Assembly (NCBI GenBank): GCA_965223665.1
Contig: OZ245011.1
Location: 2,368,001 to 2,432,000 of the forward strand
Direction of reading: 5' to 3'
DNA length: 64,000 nt
DNA from: Nitrospinaceae bacterium
GTDB taxonomy: Bacteria > Nitrospinota > Nitrospinia > Nitrospinales > Nitrospinaceae
Below the pieces are notes generated by a model, which had not been told where the DNA came from, searched no databases, and saw nothing but the letters and a program-made list of their open reading frames with translations. Of the stretch, positions 8,527 to 17,789 are shown one piece after another. The translations under genes and the position numbers were made by a program. Position 1 is the first letter of the stretch; every line of letters starts with the position of its first letter.

Positions 8527-8990
8527 ATTTTCAGACAACTCGATTTGGACTCATCGAAGTCGATGAGACCAACGTCATTCATTTTCCTGAAGGACTATAT
8601 GGTTTTGAGGGTGAGGAAAAGTTCGCCCTACTGCCTTTTGATCCTAATGTAGAGTGTCCTCTCCAGTGGATGCAGTCTTTGCAGACTCCGGACTTGGCTT
8701 TTGTAGTAACCAATCCTTTTATTTACAAACCAGATTATAAACTCAATCTTACAGATGATGACAAGAAAAGAATTGGGGTGGAAGAAGATGATACTATCTC
8801 AGTTCTCGTAATCGTAAAAATTCCGTCAGAATTTGTAAACATGACTGCTAATTTAATTGCCCCCCTTGTAGTCAATAATCGAAATTTGGTTTGTAAACAA
8901 TTTGTGATGACTACTCTGGAATATGACACTCAGCATTACCTACTACCCGAGGAATTAAGAGAAAACACAGCCGCGGTAGGATCTGCTTAA
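8523..8990 (+). CDS. fliW: Flagellar assembly factor FliW
   Basis: TTRFG...IHFPEGLYGFE, WMQS, LAFVVTNPF, MTANLIAPLVVN. Coupled to csrA. Confidence 0.94.
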   Translation: MNFQTTRFGLIEVDETNVIHFPEGLYGFEGEEKFALLPFDPNVECPLQWMQSLQTPDLAFVVTNPFIYKPDYKLNLTDDDKKRIGVEEDDTISVLVIVKIPSEFVNMTANLIAPLVVNNRNLVCKQFVMTTLEYDTQHYLLPEELRENTAAVGSA

Positions 8991-9054
8991 ACTTTCTAAA
9001 ACTTTTCTAACTTAGGTTTGAAAATTAGAGTTAAGGAGATTACTTGCTTCGTGG

Positions 9055-10356
9055 TTAGTCTTTCTCATTTTCCTTAAAATGGGATAAGTGCTTTTTAAAT
9101 TCGGACATTGCACTATTGGCATCAATATAAATGTAGGTATGTCTCACATTTGAGTTAAGAGCAAAATTCACTCGGGATAATTGATTCCCATCCACAAACA
9201 TTAATTCTGTCCAAGGAAACTTCACTCGATAATTTCGATTTTCTCTTAAAAAAGAAACAAAGTTTTTAAATCCCCTTAAACACAAAGCCGATGGCAAATC
9301 TTGCAGGTCACACACTGCCCTTAATTTTGCCGAATTATTTTTGGAAATAGACTCTAACCTTTCAGCTTGGGTAACATTTGCTTCAATTGCTTGCTTATCC
9401 AGCTTATTTGAAGCCATTTCAATTATTTCCTCTTGGGACATATCGTAACGCATGACAAAATCATAATCGTTTTGTATAAGAGTATTGAATTTATTTACAA
9501 AAATCTTACCCCACGTTTTTTCTCGAAGAATTTTTTGAGAACTGGCTTTAAAAATGCCTTCAGCCCCTTTTACACATTCTTCAACAGTCAAAGATACCGC
9601 GCAAAAGTAATTCGATAATTGCAAAGCATCAAAGCCTTCTCCAAATTCTTCTTGAATTTTTTCATACATTTTTTTTCTATTATTCCAATTTTTTTCGGTA
9701 TCTGAATTTAGCAATCTATTTTTCATTTGTGTGACCTCATCATCATATGGCAAGGTCAGAATGGTGGGGTCTTTTTCTGATAAATGAGTGTTAGAAATTA
9801 CAATTGCGCTCCACTTTTTATTTTTTAGGGATTTATGTGAAGGGATGGAACTCAATGTCTGATAGCCCTTCAGACATTGCTCATTACTAATTTTTTGTGA
9901 GCAGTAAAGTTGTGGAATGAAAAATTGAGAATGAATTTTTTCTTTAAGGAAAAATATTTTTTCCAAAAATTCTTTTTGTTGCTTTTCTGAAAGATTGGAA
10001 TTCAGCGCATGAATCATTTCCTCTAAAGAAGCATCCCAAGGAACTAAAAGGGTATGAAATCCACCCGTCCTGAGAAAGCGAGTACTTATTCCAACAGTGT
10101 GTAATTTAGAATTAGGAGTTTTATTAAGAGCTTGAGAAAGAGTTTGAACTCCTTGATAACATCGGCTTACCCATTCCGCCTCATCCACATTGGTTCCAAT
10201 TTTTTCTAAAAAAGGGAAACATTCAAGGGTTTGGATTCCATGTAGTTTTTCAATTTCAGCTTTTAATAAAACTAATTGATTAAACGTATTGGCATTCGCA
10301 CAAAGTGGGAAAACTAAAACTAATAAAATTAAAACGGTTTTCAAATTCATCGGCAC
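9055..10356 (-). CDS. Secreted hypothetical protein with four Cys-pair repeats
   Basis: Long ORF, signal peptide, recurring C-x(n)-C-x-x-G helices. Confidence 0.7.
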   Translation of the reverse strand: MPMNLKTVLILLVLVFPLCANANTFNQLVLLKAEIEKLHGIQTLECFPFLEKIGTNVDEAEWVSRCYQGVQTLSQALNKTPNSKLHTVGISTRFLRTGGFHTLLVPWDASLEEMIHALNSNLSEKQQKEFLEKIFFLKEKIHSQFFIPQLYCSQKISNEQCLKGYQTLSSIPSHKSLKNKKWSAIVISNTHLSEKDPTILTLPYDDEVTQMKNRLLNSDTEKNWNNRKKMYEKIQEEFGEGFDALQLSNYFCAVSLTVEECVKGAEGIFKASSQKILREKTWGKIFVNKFNTLIQNDYDFVMRYDMSQEEIIEMASNKLDKQAIEANVTQAERLESISKNNSAKLRAVCDLQDLPSALCLRGFKNFVSFLRENRNYRVKFPWTELMFVDGNQLSRVNFALNSNVRHTYIYIDANSAMSEFKKHLSHFKENEKD

Positions 10357-10440
10357 TAATCCAAATAAAGGGTTTACCCTATATGATCAAATTGTTTGCT
10401 CAAGTACAAGAGGAAAATATGCAGGAAATTTATTGGAGAG

Positions 10441-11346
10441 TTAAGGAGAAGGCTTTGGGTTGTTTTTTATTTTTTCAATTTCTTCTTCCAAACCTGGTTT
10501 TAAATATATCGCTTGTTCAAAGTTAACTTGAGCCCTCTTAAATTTTTTTTGGTGGAATTGAGCTTTTCCTAAGTCCATAAAAATTTCCGCTGAATAGGGC
10601 CATCTCTTTTTGGCTGCAGTAAAAGCTTTTTCAATTTCGTCCCAATTATTAATTCTTTTATAACCTTCCATGGCTTCCAAAAATTGGAGTTTATTTATGG
10701 TAGTCGGTATATTTAAGGGTTCCATCACTAACACAGCCCAACCACCCCAATACTCTTGAAAGTTTTCAAATAACATCACCCGATTTTTCTGACCCCCCTT
10801 GTGAAAAATCACTTGCTCTAAATCAAAATCATATCCAACAACAACCGCCATTTTTGAATGACAAGGCAAAGAATCTGTATTTTGATTGATAAGAATTGGA
10901 TTTCCAGAATCAATTTCTTTAAACATCTGTTGAATGGTACGAATAGGATAAGGAACTCGTCCCATTCTTCGGGCAGTTCCTATTATAAAAAATTGATCCA
11001 ACTCATCGCTTCCCCAAATATTTATTTTTTTTGAAAGATCCTCCAAATTGGTTCTCCTTCCAGTATTATGAAGAGCCATAGATAAGGCCGCTGCGCTACT
11101 CTTATTTCCACAACCTGAAATGAATGGAACATTTTTAAGAGTTGCCTGACTTGCAATGGAAGGGTCACGAAAAATGGGATTAAATGTTCTATGTGTTGAA
11201 GAACAACTTGTTGCAGTAAAAAATACTACAAATACCCCAACAATAAGTTTTCTTTCGTAAAACTGCATTTGTAAAAAGAAGAACAATTTGTCAAAAATAT
11301 TTTTAGGACTGAGATTAGCAATTTGGAGGACAAGTAGTGTCATCAT
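10441..11346 (-). CDS. PA2778-like C39-type peptidase homolog with TPR, catalytic residues apparently lost (start may be downstream)
   Basis: Paralog of 11835-12779: VPF...ALSMAL, RRMGRVPYPI, AVVVGYD, C-terminal TPR. Confidence 0.75.
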   Translation of the reverse strand: MMTLLVLQIANLSPKNIFDKLFFFLQMQFYERKLIVGVFVVFFTATSCSSTHRTFNPIFRDPSIASQATLKNVPFISGCGNKSSAAALSMALHNTGRRTNLEDLSKKINIWGSDELDQFFIIGTARRMGRVPYPIRTIQQMFKEIDSGNPILINQNTDSLPCHSKMAVVVGYDFDLEQVIFHKGGQKNRVMLFENFQEYWGGWAVLVMEPLNIPTTINKLQFLEAMEGYKRINNWDEIEKAFTAAKKRWPYSAEIFMDLGKAQFHQKKFKRAQVNFEQAIYLKPGLEEEIEKIKNNPKPSP

Positions 11347-11740
11347 CTTCTAATGAATCTACTAGCGCAGCCCCCAATATATATAGAGCTGCAATTAATA
11401 CCACTGTCCCAACAATCACAATTCCAGTTCCAACTTTCTTCAAAACTTCATTAGCTGATGATTTTGGAGAACTTTTGGATGATTGATTGGTTTGATTGGA
11501 TTCTCTAATTGTTTCTTCGATTTGCTTTATTTCGTTATCCGTAAGACTATTTACTCTTGCCTCCGCTTCCTTCTTCGAAATTCCTTTTGAAATTAAAAAC
11601 TTGGATAAACCATTACGGTCCGAAGACATACCAGCTTTATTTTCTTGGGCAAACAAACTACCAGGCATTACCCCGATAAAAATACTCACAAAAGCACAGA
11701 ACAACTTTCCACGCAAACGAATATCACCAAAAAAAATCAT
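11315..11740 (-). CDS. PA2779-like protein (copy 2)
   Basis: Signal peptide, GISKKEAEARVNSLTDNEI, C-terminal TM helix. Confidence 0.75.
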   Translation of the reverse strand: MIFFGDIRLRGKLFCAFVSIFIGVMPGSLFAQENKAGMSSDRNGLSKFLISKGISKKEAEARVNSLTDNEIKQIEETIRESNQTNQSSKSSPKSSANEVLKKVGTGIVIVGTVVLIAALYILGAALVDSLEDDDTTCPPNC

Positions 11741-11834
11741 ATTCCCCTAAACTCCGAAAAGTATATCTAACTCAATATTATGCAGTTTTGAACAGGAACT
11801 TCAATAGAAATTAATTTTCGAGTTGAGAAATACC

Positions 11835-12779
11835 TTAATGAGAGCTATTAATTTGGCTTAATGTGAGACGGAAAGTTTTTAATTGAGGACCGCCAATGGA
11901 AATTGCCCGGCGGGAGGCGGCTAAGGCTTCTTTCTTTTGGCCTAATTCATTCAATACATGAGCCAGGTTATTAAAAGCCACACCGGATTGAGGATGGAAG
12001 TGAGTCGCTTGGCGAAAAGCATTTACGGCTCCCAATAGATTATTTTGAGCAAAGCGGCTATTCCCTAGACCCATCCAACCTGCAAGACTTTTGGGCCATT
12101 TTTTTAATGCAGTGCGGTAACCAATTTCTGAAGATTTCCATTGCCTACTTTGCTCCAACCCCAAAACTGCTTTTAGATATATCTTATTTTCAGCGGTTTT
12201 AGGCAATCGTGTGGTGGGAAGCGTAATTAACCCCCACTTTTTCCAAGCTTGCCACGTTTCCAAGAAATCTTCAAAATGCATTTTCACTTTCGATTGATTT
12301 CCTGACCGCAAAAATACTTCCCGATTTTTTAAATCATATCCATAAACAACCGCATAATGCCAATCATTATTAAATAATCCTTTTAATTGCTGCAATACAA
12401 TTACTGGATGAGAGGCCGCTACTTCTTCCAACAAATTTGAAAATGATCGAACGGGATAAGCAACCCGCCCGTTTCGACGAGTACCAGAAATCATATCTTG
12501 AGGAAAAGTTCCTCGGCGTCCGGGTGTAAAGACTTGCTCTTTTAATTTTTCAAAGTCGACTTTCACCCCAGACCATTCCAAAGCCATGGCTAGTGAAGCA
12601 GGACCACATTGCCGCTCTTTCTGAGAATAAAAAGGAACACCACTAATTTCAATCTTAGTAGGCAGGTTTTTAGGAATATTTATTTTTTCGATTTTTGGGA
12701 AAGAGACACAACTAGAAAACAGAAACAAACTAAAGACATAGCCTACGATTGGCAGAAAATTAAAATATTTGCTTATCAT
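11835..12779 (-). CDS. PA2778-family C39-like cysteine peptidase lipoprotein with TPR
   Basis: Lipobox-like FSSC, VPFYSQKERQCGPASLAMAL, WHYAVVYGYD, C-terminal TPRs (GLGN, AFNNLA). Confidence 0.85.
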   Translation of the reverse strand: MISKYFNFLPIVGYVFSLFLFSSCVSFPKIEKINIPKNLPTKIEISGVPFYSQKERQCGPASLAMALEWSGVKVDFEKLKEQVFTPGRRGTFPQDMISGTRRNGRVAYPVRSFSNLLEEVAASHPVIVLQQLKGLFNNDWHYAVVYGYDLKNREVFLRSGNQSKVKMHFEDFLETWQAWKKWGLITLPTTRLPKTAENKIYLKAVLGLEQSRQWKSSEIGYRTALKKWPKSLAGWMGLGNSRFAQNNLLGAVNAFRQATHFHPQSGVAFNNLAHVLNELGQKKEALAASRRAISIGGPQLKTFRLTLSQINSSH

Positions 12780-12783
12780 CTAT

Positions 12784-13185
12784 TTATAAGAAAAATACCC
12801 AACAAAAAGATAAACACCCTAGAACAGCCACTACCAACAAAATGGCTAAAATATAAGCCCAGCCATCGTCCTCATCAAATCCCCCTGCAACTATAGGATC
12901 AATGTCATTAACCAGGTTAGCCACTTCTTCATCCGTCAAACTATTAATTCTTTTCAAAGCTTCCTCCTTAGAAAGCCCAAGGTTTTCCAAGTGCGAAACA
13001 ACATTTTCACGATCTAACAAACTAATGACTTCTTGACGAGAATTTATTGAAGATTCCTGTGACTCCAAAAGAGTTTCGGTATTTACCATCTCTGCCCATG
13101 AGAACATTGGCAAAATTAATATTAAAGGAATCAAAAGGCAGGCGACTCCTATACGAAGTTTTAAGGTAATTTTTTGGTTGGACAA
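12784..13185 (-). CDS. PA2779-like protein (copy 1)
   Basis: AEMVNTE...R..V...L...GLSKEEALKRINSLTDEEV...AGG followed by hydrophobic tail. AAGGAG RBS. Confidence 0.8.
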   Translation of the reverse strand: MSNQKITLKLRIGVACLLIPLILILPMFSWAEMVNTETLLESQESSINSRQEVISLLDRENVVSHLENLGLSKEEALKRINSLTDEEVANLVNDIDPIVAGGFDEDDGWAYILAILLVVAVLGCLSFCWVFFL

Positions 13186-13330
13186 GGGATTCTCCTTTAA
13201 GGAAGGGGTTGATTCAATTACTTGAGGAAATTAACCTTCTTCTATCCATTTGTAACCGCTTTAAAAGGATTTTTCAATATTTTATAAGGAGATTTGAAAA
13301 AATAGAAGATTTGCTTGGTAAAATCTTATT

Positions 13331-16033
13331 TTAGATAGCTAATTGTTTTGCACCATGCTGAATATACAAATCCAAAGTATTCTGATGACAGGTAAGGACA
13401 ATGATTTGTCTTTTTTTGGAAAACTTTTTTAACGCTTTGGCTAACTGCTGCCGTCGGTCATCGTCAAAATTCACAAAAACATCATCCATAAGAATTGGCA
13501 AAGGCTCAGATCGTCTTTCATATTCTTTTATTAAACCCAATCTCATCGCTAAATAGAGTTGTTCTTTCGTCCCACGGCTCATTTCAGCTAAGCGTTTGGT
13601 TTCCGCCTTTGTATTTTCAATTATTAAATCCTCTTCATCCATTGGTTTTACAATGCTGCGATAGACCCCTTCAGTAATTATTGAAAAAAACTCTTGAGCC
13701 TCTTGAATCACCACAGGTTGGCGATTCTTTTCATATTTTTTCTTAGCCTGATCCAAAAAATGAAGGGCTAAGGTAGAAACCGCCCATTTTTTTGCACTTT
13801 TCTGCAACTCCGATTTTTTCATTTCCATTTGAGTTTGGATTTCTAATAGGGAGTTTTCCTCAGTCAATTGCTGAATTTCTTTTCGTGTTTCACCAATCTT
13901 TTGATGACATTCTTCACGTTTTTTCTCTATTTGCTCTAAACGACTTCGGGCTTTTAAATATTGGTCTTTGATAGTATCCAATTCACAAGCTTTCAACGTT
14001 TCAATAAAGTTTGAATAAGCTTCATCCACACCCACATTTGACTGGATTATTTTTTGTTTTACATTGATTTTTTGTTGCAGGGAGTTACGATGCTCCAAAA
14101 CTTTATACTTGGCCAAAAAATCATCGATGGACTTGGCTCCGGTTTTATGGATCAAGGCCATTACATCACTTTGAAGCTTTAGCTTTTGCTGTTCTAATTT
14201 GTCAATTTTGATCTTTTTCTCAACCAGTTGATCTTTGAAAGAGTTAATTCTTTCAGAGTTTTTCCTTTCTTCCTGAAAAATTTGTAGTGCTTGAGAAATA
14301 TTGACAGTTAAGTCCTCTCCAGGAGAAAAGGTTGAAACCACCTGCGATATATTATCCACGAGTTTTTGAGCTTGGTTTTCGGTTTCTTGAAACCGATCTC
14401 TTCTTTGCTGAACACTTAGCCTTTGAGAAAGCTTCCCTTGTATTTCTCTAATTGCGATTACAATATCTTTAACTATCCTGGGAGTCGCTTTTTGATCCAA
14501 CCCCTTATGTTCTAACCATTCCTCCCAAGTATTTAATTTGTCAATTTTAATTTTCTCAATTAACTCCATCTGCTTTTTTAATCGCAGTTCAATAGTATCT
14601 TCTTTAAAAAATTGATTATGATTTTGTTGGATCCAATTAAAAAGCCATCCACCCAAACCAAGAATACCAAAAGAAATAATCATCAAAAACAGATCCATCC
14701 TAATAGCCGCACCTATTAAACCAAAAACACCCAACGACATTAAAACTATAGCCATAATTTTGGCGTTAGAAGGTATTTGAGCACTACGGGCTTTTTCTGC
14801 AGCGATATGATCATAATGTAAGTCTAGCTTATTTTGAAGGGAAACCAATTTTTGACGGATAGTTTCAAAGTCTTCTTCCTGATTTTTTATAAAATCTTTA
14901 TCGGATTCATTTAAATAAAATTCCTTAACTTTCTCTAAATTCCATTTTTCACCCAGTTGCTTGATTTCAAAATCTATATCTTGTGTAAGACCTTCGTATT
15001 CTAATTTCATCACTAATTTATCAGCAGCAGAATTCTTTAGCAGTTCTCCCAAGGGTTGGAGTTGAAGTATCTCATTTTCCATTCTCAACAAGTTTTTATT
15101 TATATGGATTTGCTGTTTCTGAGTTTTTAATTTTTCTGAATCTTGGAGTTCTTCCTCTATCCGGTTCTGCAAACTTTTCACTTCCATTTGCATTTTCTCA
15201 AACTCTTTATACCCATTTTCAGGAAGCCCATTTAAGGGTTCTAATTTTTTAAGTTCATTTTCTGAAGATTCAAGTTCAACAAAATCTTGAAACAGGTTTT
15301 GTTGATTTTCATATCTTCGCTTTTGGGAGACCAATTCTAAATACTCTTTTTCCAATTTAGCTGATTGGTTTGTATATCTAATCATATCGCTTTCCAATAA
15401 ATCGAATCGTTCTAAACTTTTTTGAACTTCTTTTTTTCTGATTTCTAATATTTTTATCTCATTAAAAATTTGGTTTATCTGGGGTTTATGGCTGTGACCC
15501 CTTACACTAAACAGGGATTTTTGCTCTTGCAACAATTTTTCTGTTACCGAATTAAGAGAAATGGGACCCAACCCAAGTCCCGCTCCATAAATTTTACTTT
15601 TAATTTCATCTTCCAATAAAGAATCAAACTTTTGTAATTCATCTAAAGTAAATGCATAAATATTTTCGAAAACCTTTCGAGAAGCATTTCCTAAAATTTC
15701 ATTTACAGCCTCTTGCCCCTCTATTTCTTTATCTTCAATATTCACTTTAACCTTCCCAGCTAAAGTATTACCTGCCCTGGAAAGGATTATTCGCTTTTTA
15801 TCACTTGATTCACATATTAGTTTTCCAGAAAGGACACCCCCTTCGTTTAAGTTATACTGATTTCCATTACGCTTTCTTGCAAAACCAAATAAAACCCATC
15901 GCACAAATTCCAACAAAGTAGTTTTTCCAAACTCATTTTTTCCATAAACAATATTAAGACCGGGGGATATTTTTTTTATCTCCTTGTCACCCCAGATCCC
16001 AAATTTATCAATATGTATTTCTCTAATTTTCAT
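13331..16033 (-). CDS. YhaN-like SMC/Rad50-type AAA ATPase with coiled coil
   Basis: Walker A GKNEFGKTT, long coiled coil, signature MSRGTKEQLYLAMR, Walker B ILMDDVFVNFD, TCH. Confidence 0.9.
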   Translation of the reverse strand: MKIREIHIDKFGIWGDKEIKKISPGLNIVYGKNEFGKTTLLEFVRWVLFGFARKRNGNQYNLNEGGVLSGKLICESSDKKRIILSRAGNTLAGKVKVNIEDKEIEGQEAVNEILGNASRKVFENIYAFTLDELQKFDSLLEDEIKSKIYGAGLGLGPISLNSVTEKLLQEQKSLFSVRGHSHKPQINQIFNEIKILEIRKKEVQKSLERFDLLESDMIRYTNQSAKLEKEYLELVSQKRRYENQQNLFQDFVELESSENELKKLEPLNGLPENGYKEFEKMQMEVKSLQNRIEEELQDSEKLKTQKQQIHINKNLLRMENEILQLQPLGELLKNSAADKLVMKLEYEGLTQDIDFEIKQLGEKWNLEKVKEFYLNESDKDFIKNQEEDFETIRQKLVSLQNKLDLHYDHIAAEKARSAQIPSNAKIMAIVLMSLGVFGLIGAAIRMDLFLMIISFGILGLGGWLFNWIQQNHNQFFKEDTIELRLKKQMELIEKIKIDKLNTWEEWLEHKGLDQKATPRIVKDIVIAIREIQGKLSQRLSVQQRRDRFQETENQAQKLVDNISQVVSTFSPGEDLTVNISQALQIFQEERKNSERINSFKDQLVEKKIKIDKLEQQKLKLQSDVMALIHKTGAKSIDDFLAKYKVLEHRNSLQQKINVKQKIIQSNVGVDEAYSNFIETLKACELDTIKDQYLKARSRLEQIEKKREECHQKIGETRKEIQQLTEENSLLEIQTQMEMKKSELQKSAKKWAVSTLALHFLDQAKKKYEKNRQPVVIQEAQEFFSIITEGVYRSIVKPMDEEDLIIENTKAETKRLAEMSRGTKEQLYLAMRLGLIKEYERRSEPLPILMDDVFVNFDDDRRQQLAKALKKFSKKRQIIVLTCHQNTLDLYIQHGAKQLAI

Positions 16034-16060
16034 AAACTACAAAAATTTTCCAGGTTTTAA

Positions 16061-17320
16061 CTACGAATCCTCTTCTAACAAATGATCTAAAGTCAAATCT
16101 CTTGCCTCAATCAACCATTCTTTTAAAGCCTCTTTATCATCCATATCATCTAATAAGTACTGCCCTTGCCAAGTTTGGAATAAATTTGCCAGAGGATTTT
16201 TAAGAACATTTAAAGAGCCCTTCTTTTCGACCTCTTCGTACAGTTTAAGAATATCTGCTACAAAATCGTTTCCCTGGCTCAAGTTCTCCAATTCATAAAT
16301 TCCTCTAGTTTCTACAACTATGTCCAACCACAAGGATGGAATTTGGTCTTCAAAGCTATGGTTTACTTCCTCTTGTAAAGCAAACACATTGGAAACTTTT
16401 TGGAGGGAACCATGCAACTCAGTACGTCCAGTTAAAATGACACGTAATACCACATCCCGCCCATCGCTCCGGTTCAATGTATCTTCGCAAACTTGTTTAA
16501 TAGTATTTAACACTTGATTCCAAGCCGAACAATTTGCAAGGTCTACTTTTTCAATTTCAAAACGGACGACATCGGTAGATATAAAATTTACTTCAGGAGT
16601 GCTTTTTGCAGCCAGGGTAACCAAACAACACCCTTTTGCTCCGGATTCCCTCATATGACGTCCTTGAGAATTACCAGAGTAAACCACAGCGGGAGAGCTC
16701 TTCCTTAGAATTCCATGGGAATGAACATGCCCTAAAGCCCAATAATCCATTTTTATCCCTATTAAATCTTTCAAAGTACAGGGAGCGTAGGATTCATGGT
16801 TTGAGTTTCCACCTACATTCGCATGCAAAACTCCAATGGAAAATCCGCGGGCATTCTTTTTCTTAAATAGGGGAGTTAAGTTTTCTTTAACTTCTCTTTC
16901 CGGATAACTAACCCCATATAGATGTGCTATTATTCGACCTTCTTTTTTTACAGAAAAGGACTCTACTTCAGGACCAAATCTGAATACCCCAGTGGGCCAT
17001 TCCAGTTTTCCCGACCAAGTGTTTAAAGCATCGTGGTTTCCGTGGGCCATGTAAACAGGAATCGATTTTCCTGAAAGACGACTCAATTCTTTTTTAAATT
17101 TTAATTGAGCATGTAAATTTTTTTCAGCTCCATCAAAAATATCTCCTGCAATAATTACGGCATCCACATTCTCTTCAATTGCTAAATCGACTATTTTTGT
17201 GAATGCACGAATAGTGCAAGAACGAAGCCTTTCTACCCACTTATCCGAAAGGCCTGTAATTCCGACAAAAGGACTATCAATGTGAAGATCTGAACAATGA
17301 ATAAAACGAAAATTCGCCAC
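16061..17320 (-). CDS. YhaO-like Mre11/SbcD metallophosphoesterase DNA-repair exonuclease
   Basis: SDLHID, AGDIFD, GNHD, YWALGHVH motifs. Paired with the YhaN-like gene. Confidence 0.92.
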   Translation of the reverse strand: MANFRFIHCSDLHIDSPFVGITGLSDKWVERLRSCTIRAFTKIVDLAIEENVDAVIIAGDIFDGAEKNLHAQLKFKKELSRLSGKSIPVYMAHGNHDALNTWSGKLEWPTGVFRFGPEVESFSVKKEGRIIAHLYGVSYPEREVKENLTPLFKKKNARGFSIGVLHANVGGNSNHESYAPCTLKDLIGIKMDYWALGHVHSHGILRKSSPAVVYSGNSQGRHMRESGAKGCCLVTLAAKSTPEVNFISTDVVRFEIEKVDLANCSAWNQVLNTIKQVCEDTLNRSDGRDVVLRVILTGRTELHGSLQKVSNVFALQEEVNHSFEDQIPSLWLDIVVETRGIYELENLSQGNDFVADILKLYEEVEKKGSLNVLKNPLANLFQTWQGQYLLDDMDDKEALKEWLIEARDLTLDHLLEEDS

Positions 17321-17344
17321 TTTTTATTCCTTAATTAATGCTAG

Positions 17345-17653
17345 TTAAAACAACTCTTTTTCTAGCGCCCGATATGCCTCATTTATTCGACGCGTCATTT
17401 CCGTAGCGATCTTTTTAAGGTCTAGATTTTCTGAGGTAAGGTCTTTATGGTATTGATTTAATCCGCGCTTCCAGGCCTCACGCAATTCCTTAAGGCCAGA
17501 ACCCTCTGGTACCCCCAAATCTGAATAATATTGGGATATTAATTCATTAGATAGTTTTTTCTTTTCTGGTCCAGGTTTTTCTTGTATGCCAGCAACATCT
17601 GCTTGGTTTTTGTTTTCCGTTCGAAAAAATGGGAATAATCTACCTAACATCAC
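17345..17653 (-). CDS. J-domain (DnaJ-like) small protein
   Basis: YYSDLGV...LREAWKR...YHKD...INEAYRAL. Confidence 0.75.
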   Translation of the reverse strand: MMLGRLFPFFRTENKNQADVAGIQEKPGPEKKKLSNELISQYYSDLGVPEGSGLKELREAWKRGLNQYHKDLTSENLDLKKIATEMTRRINEAYRALEKELF

Positions 17654-17725
17654 TCAATCCTATCCGTCTGAACCTTAAGTGTCAATAATTGATAAATACA
17701 AGAACCATCACATTCCCTTGTTTAA

Positions 17726-17754
17726 TTGACACTTTGATGCATTTTCACTAGCAT
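17726..17754 (+). promoter_or_regulatory. Putative sigma70 promoter of aldo/keto reductase gene
   Basis: TTGACA-17 nt-TAGCAT, ending 35 nt upstream of ATG 17790. Confidence 0.5.
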
Positions 17755-17789
17755 GAAACTAATAAATCCTTAATCTACCCATTCTCTTC

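Noticed and set aside
13331-17320. yhaO/yhaN nuclease-ATPase as a substitute effector for Cascade or a defence system
   Set aside because: Widespread Mre11/Rad50-like repair pair, about 6 kb away, on the opposite strand and separated by unrelated genes
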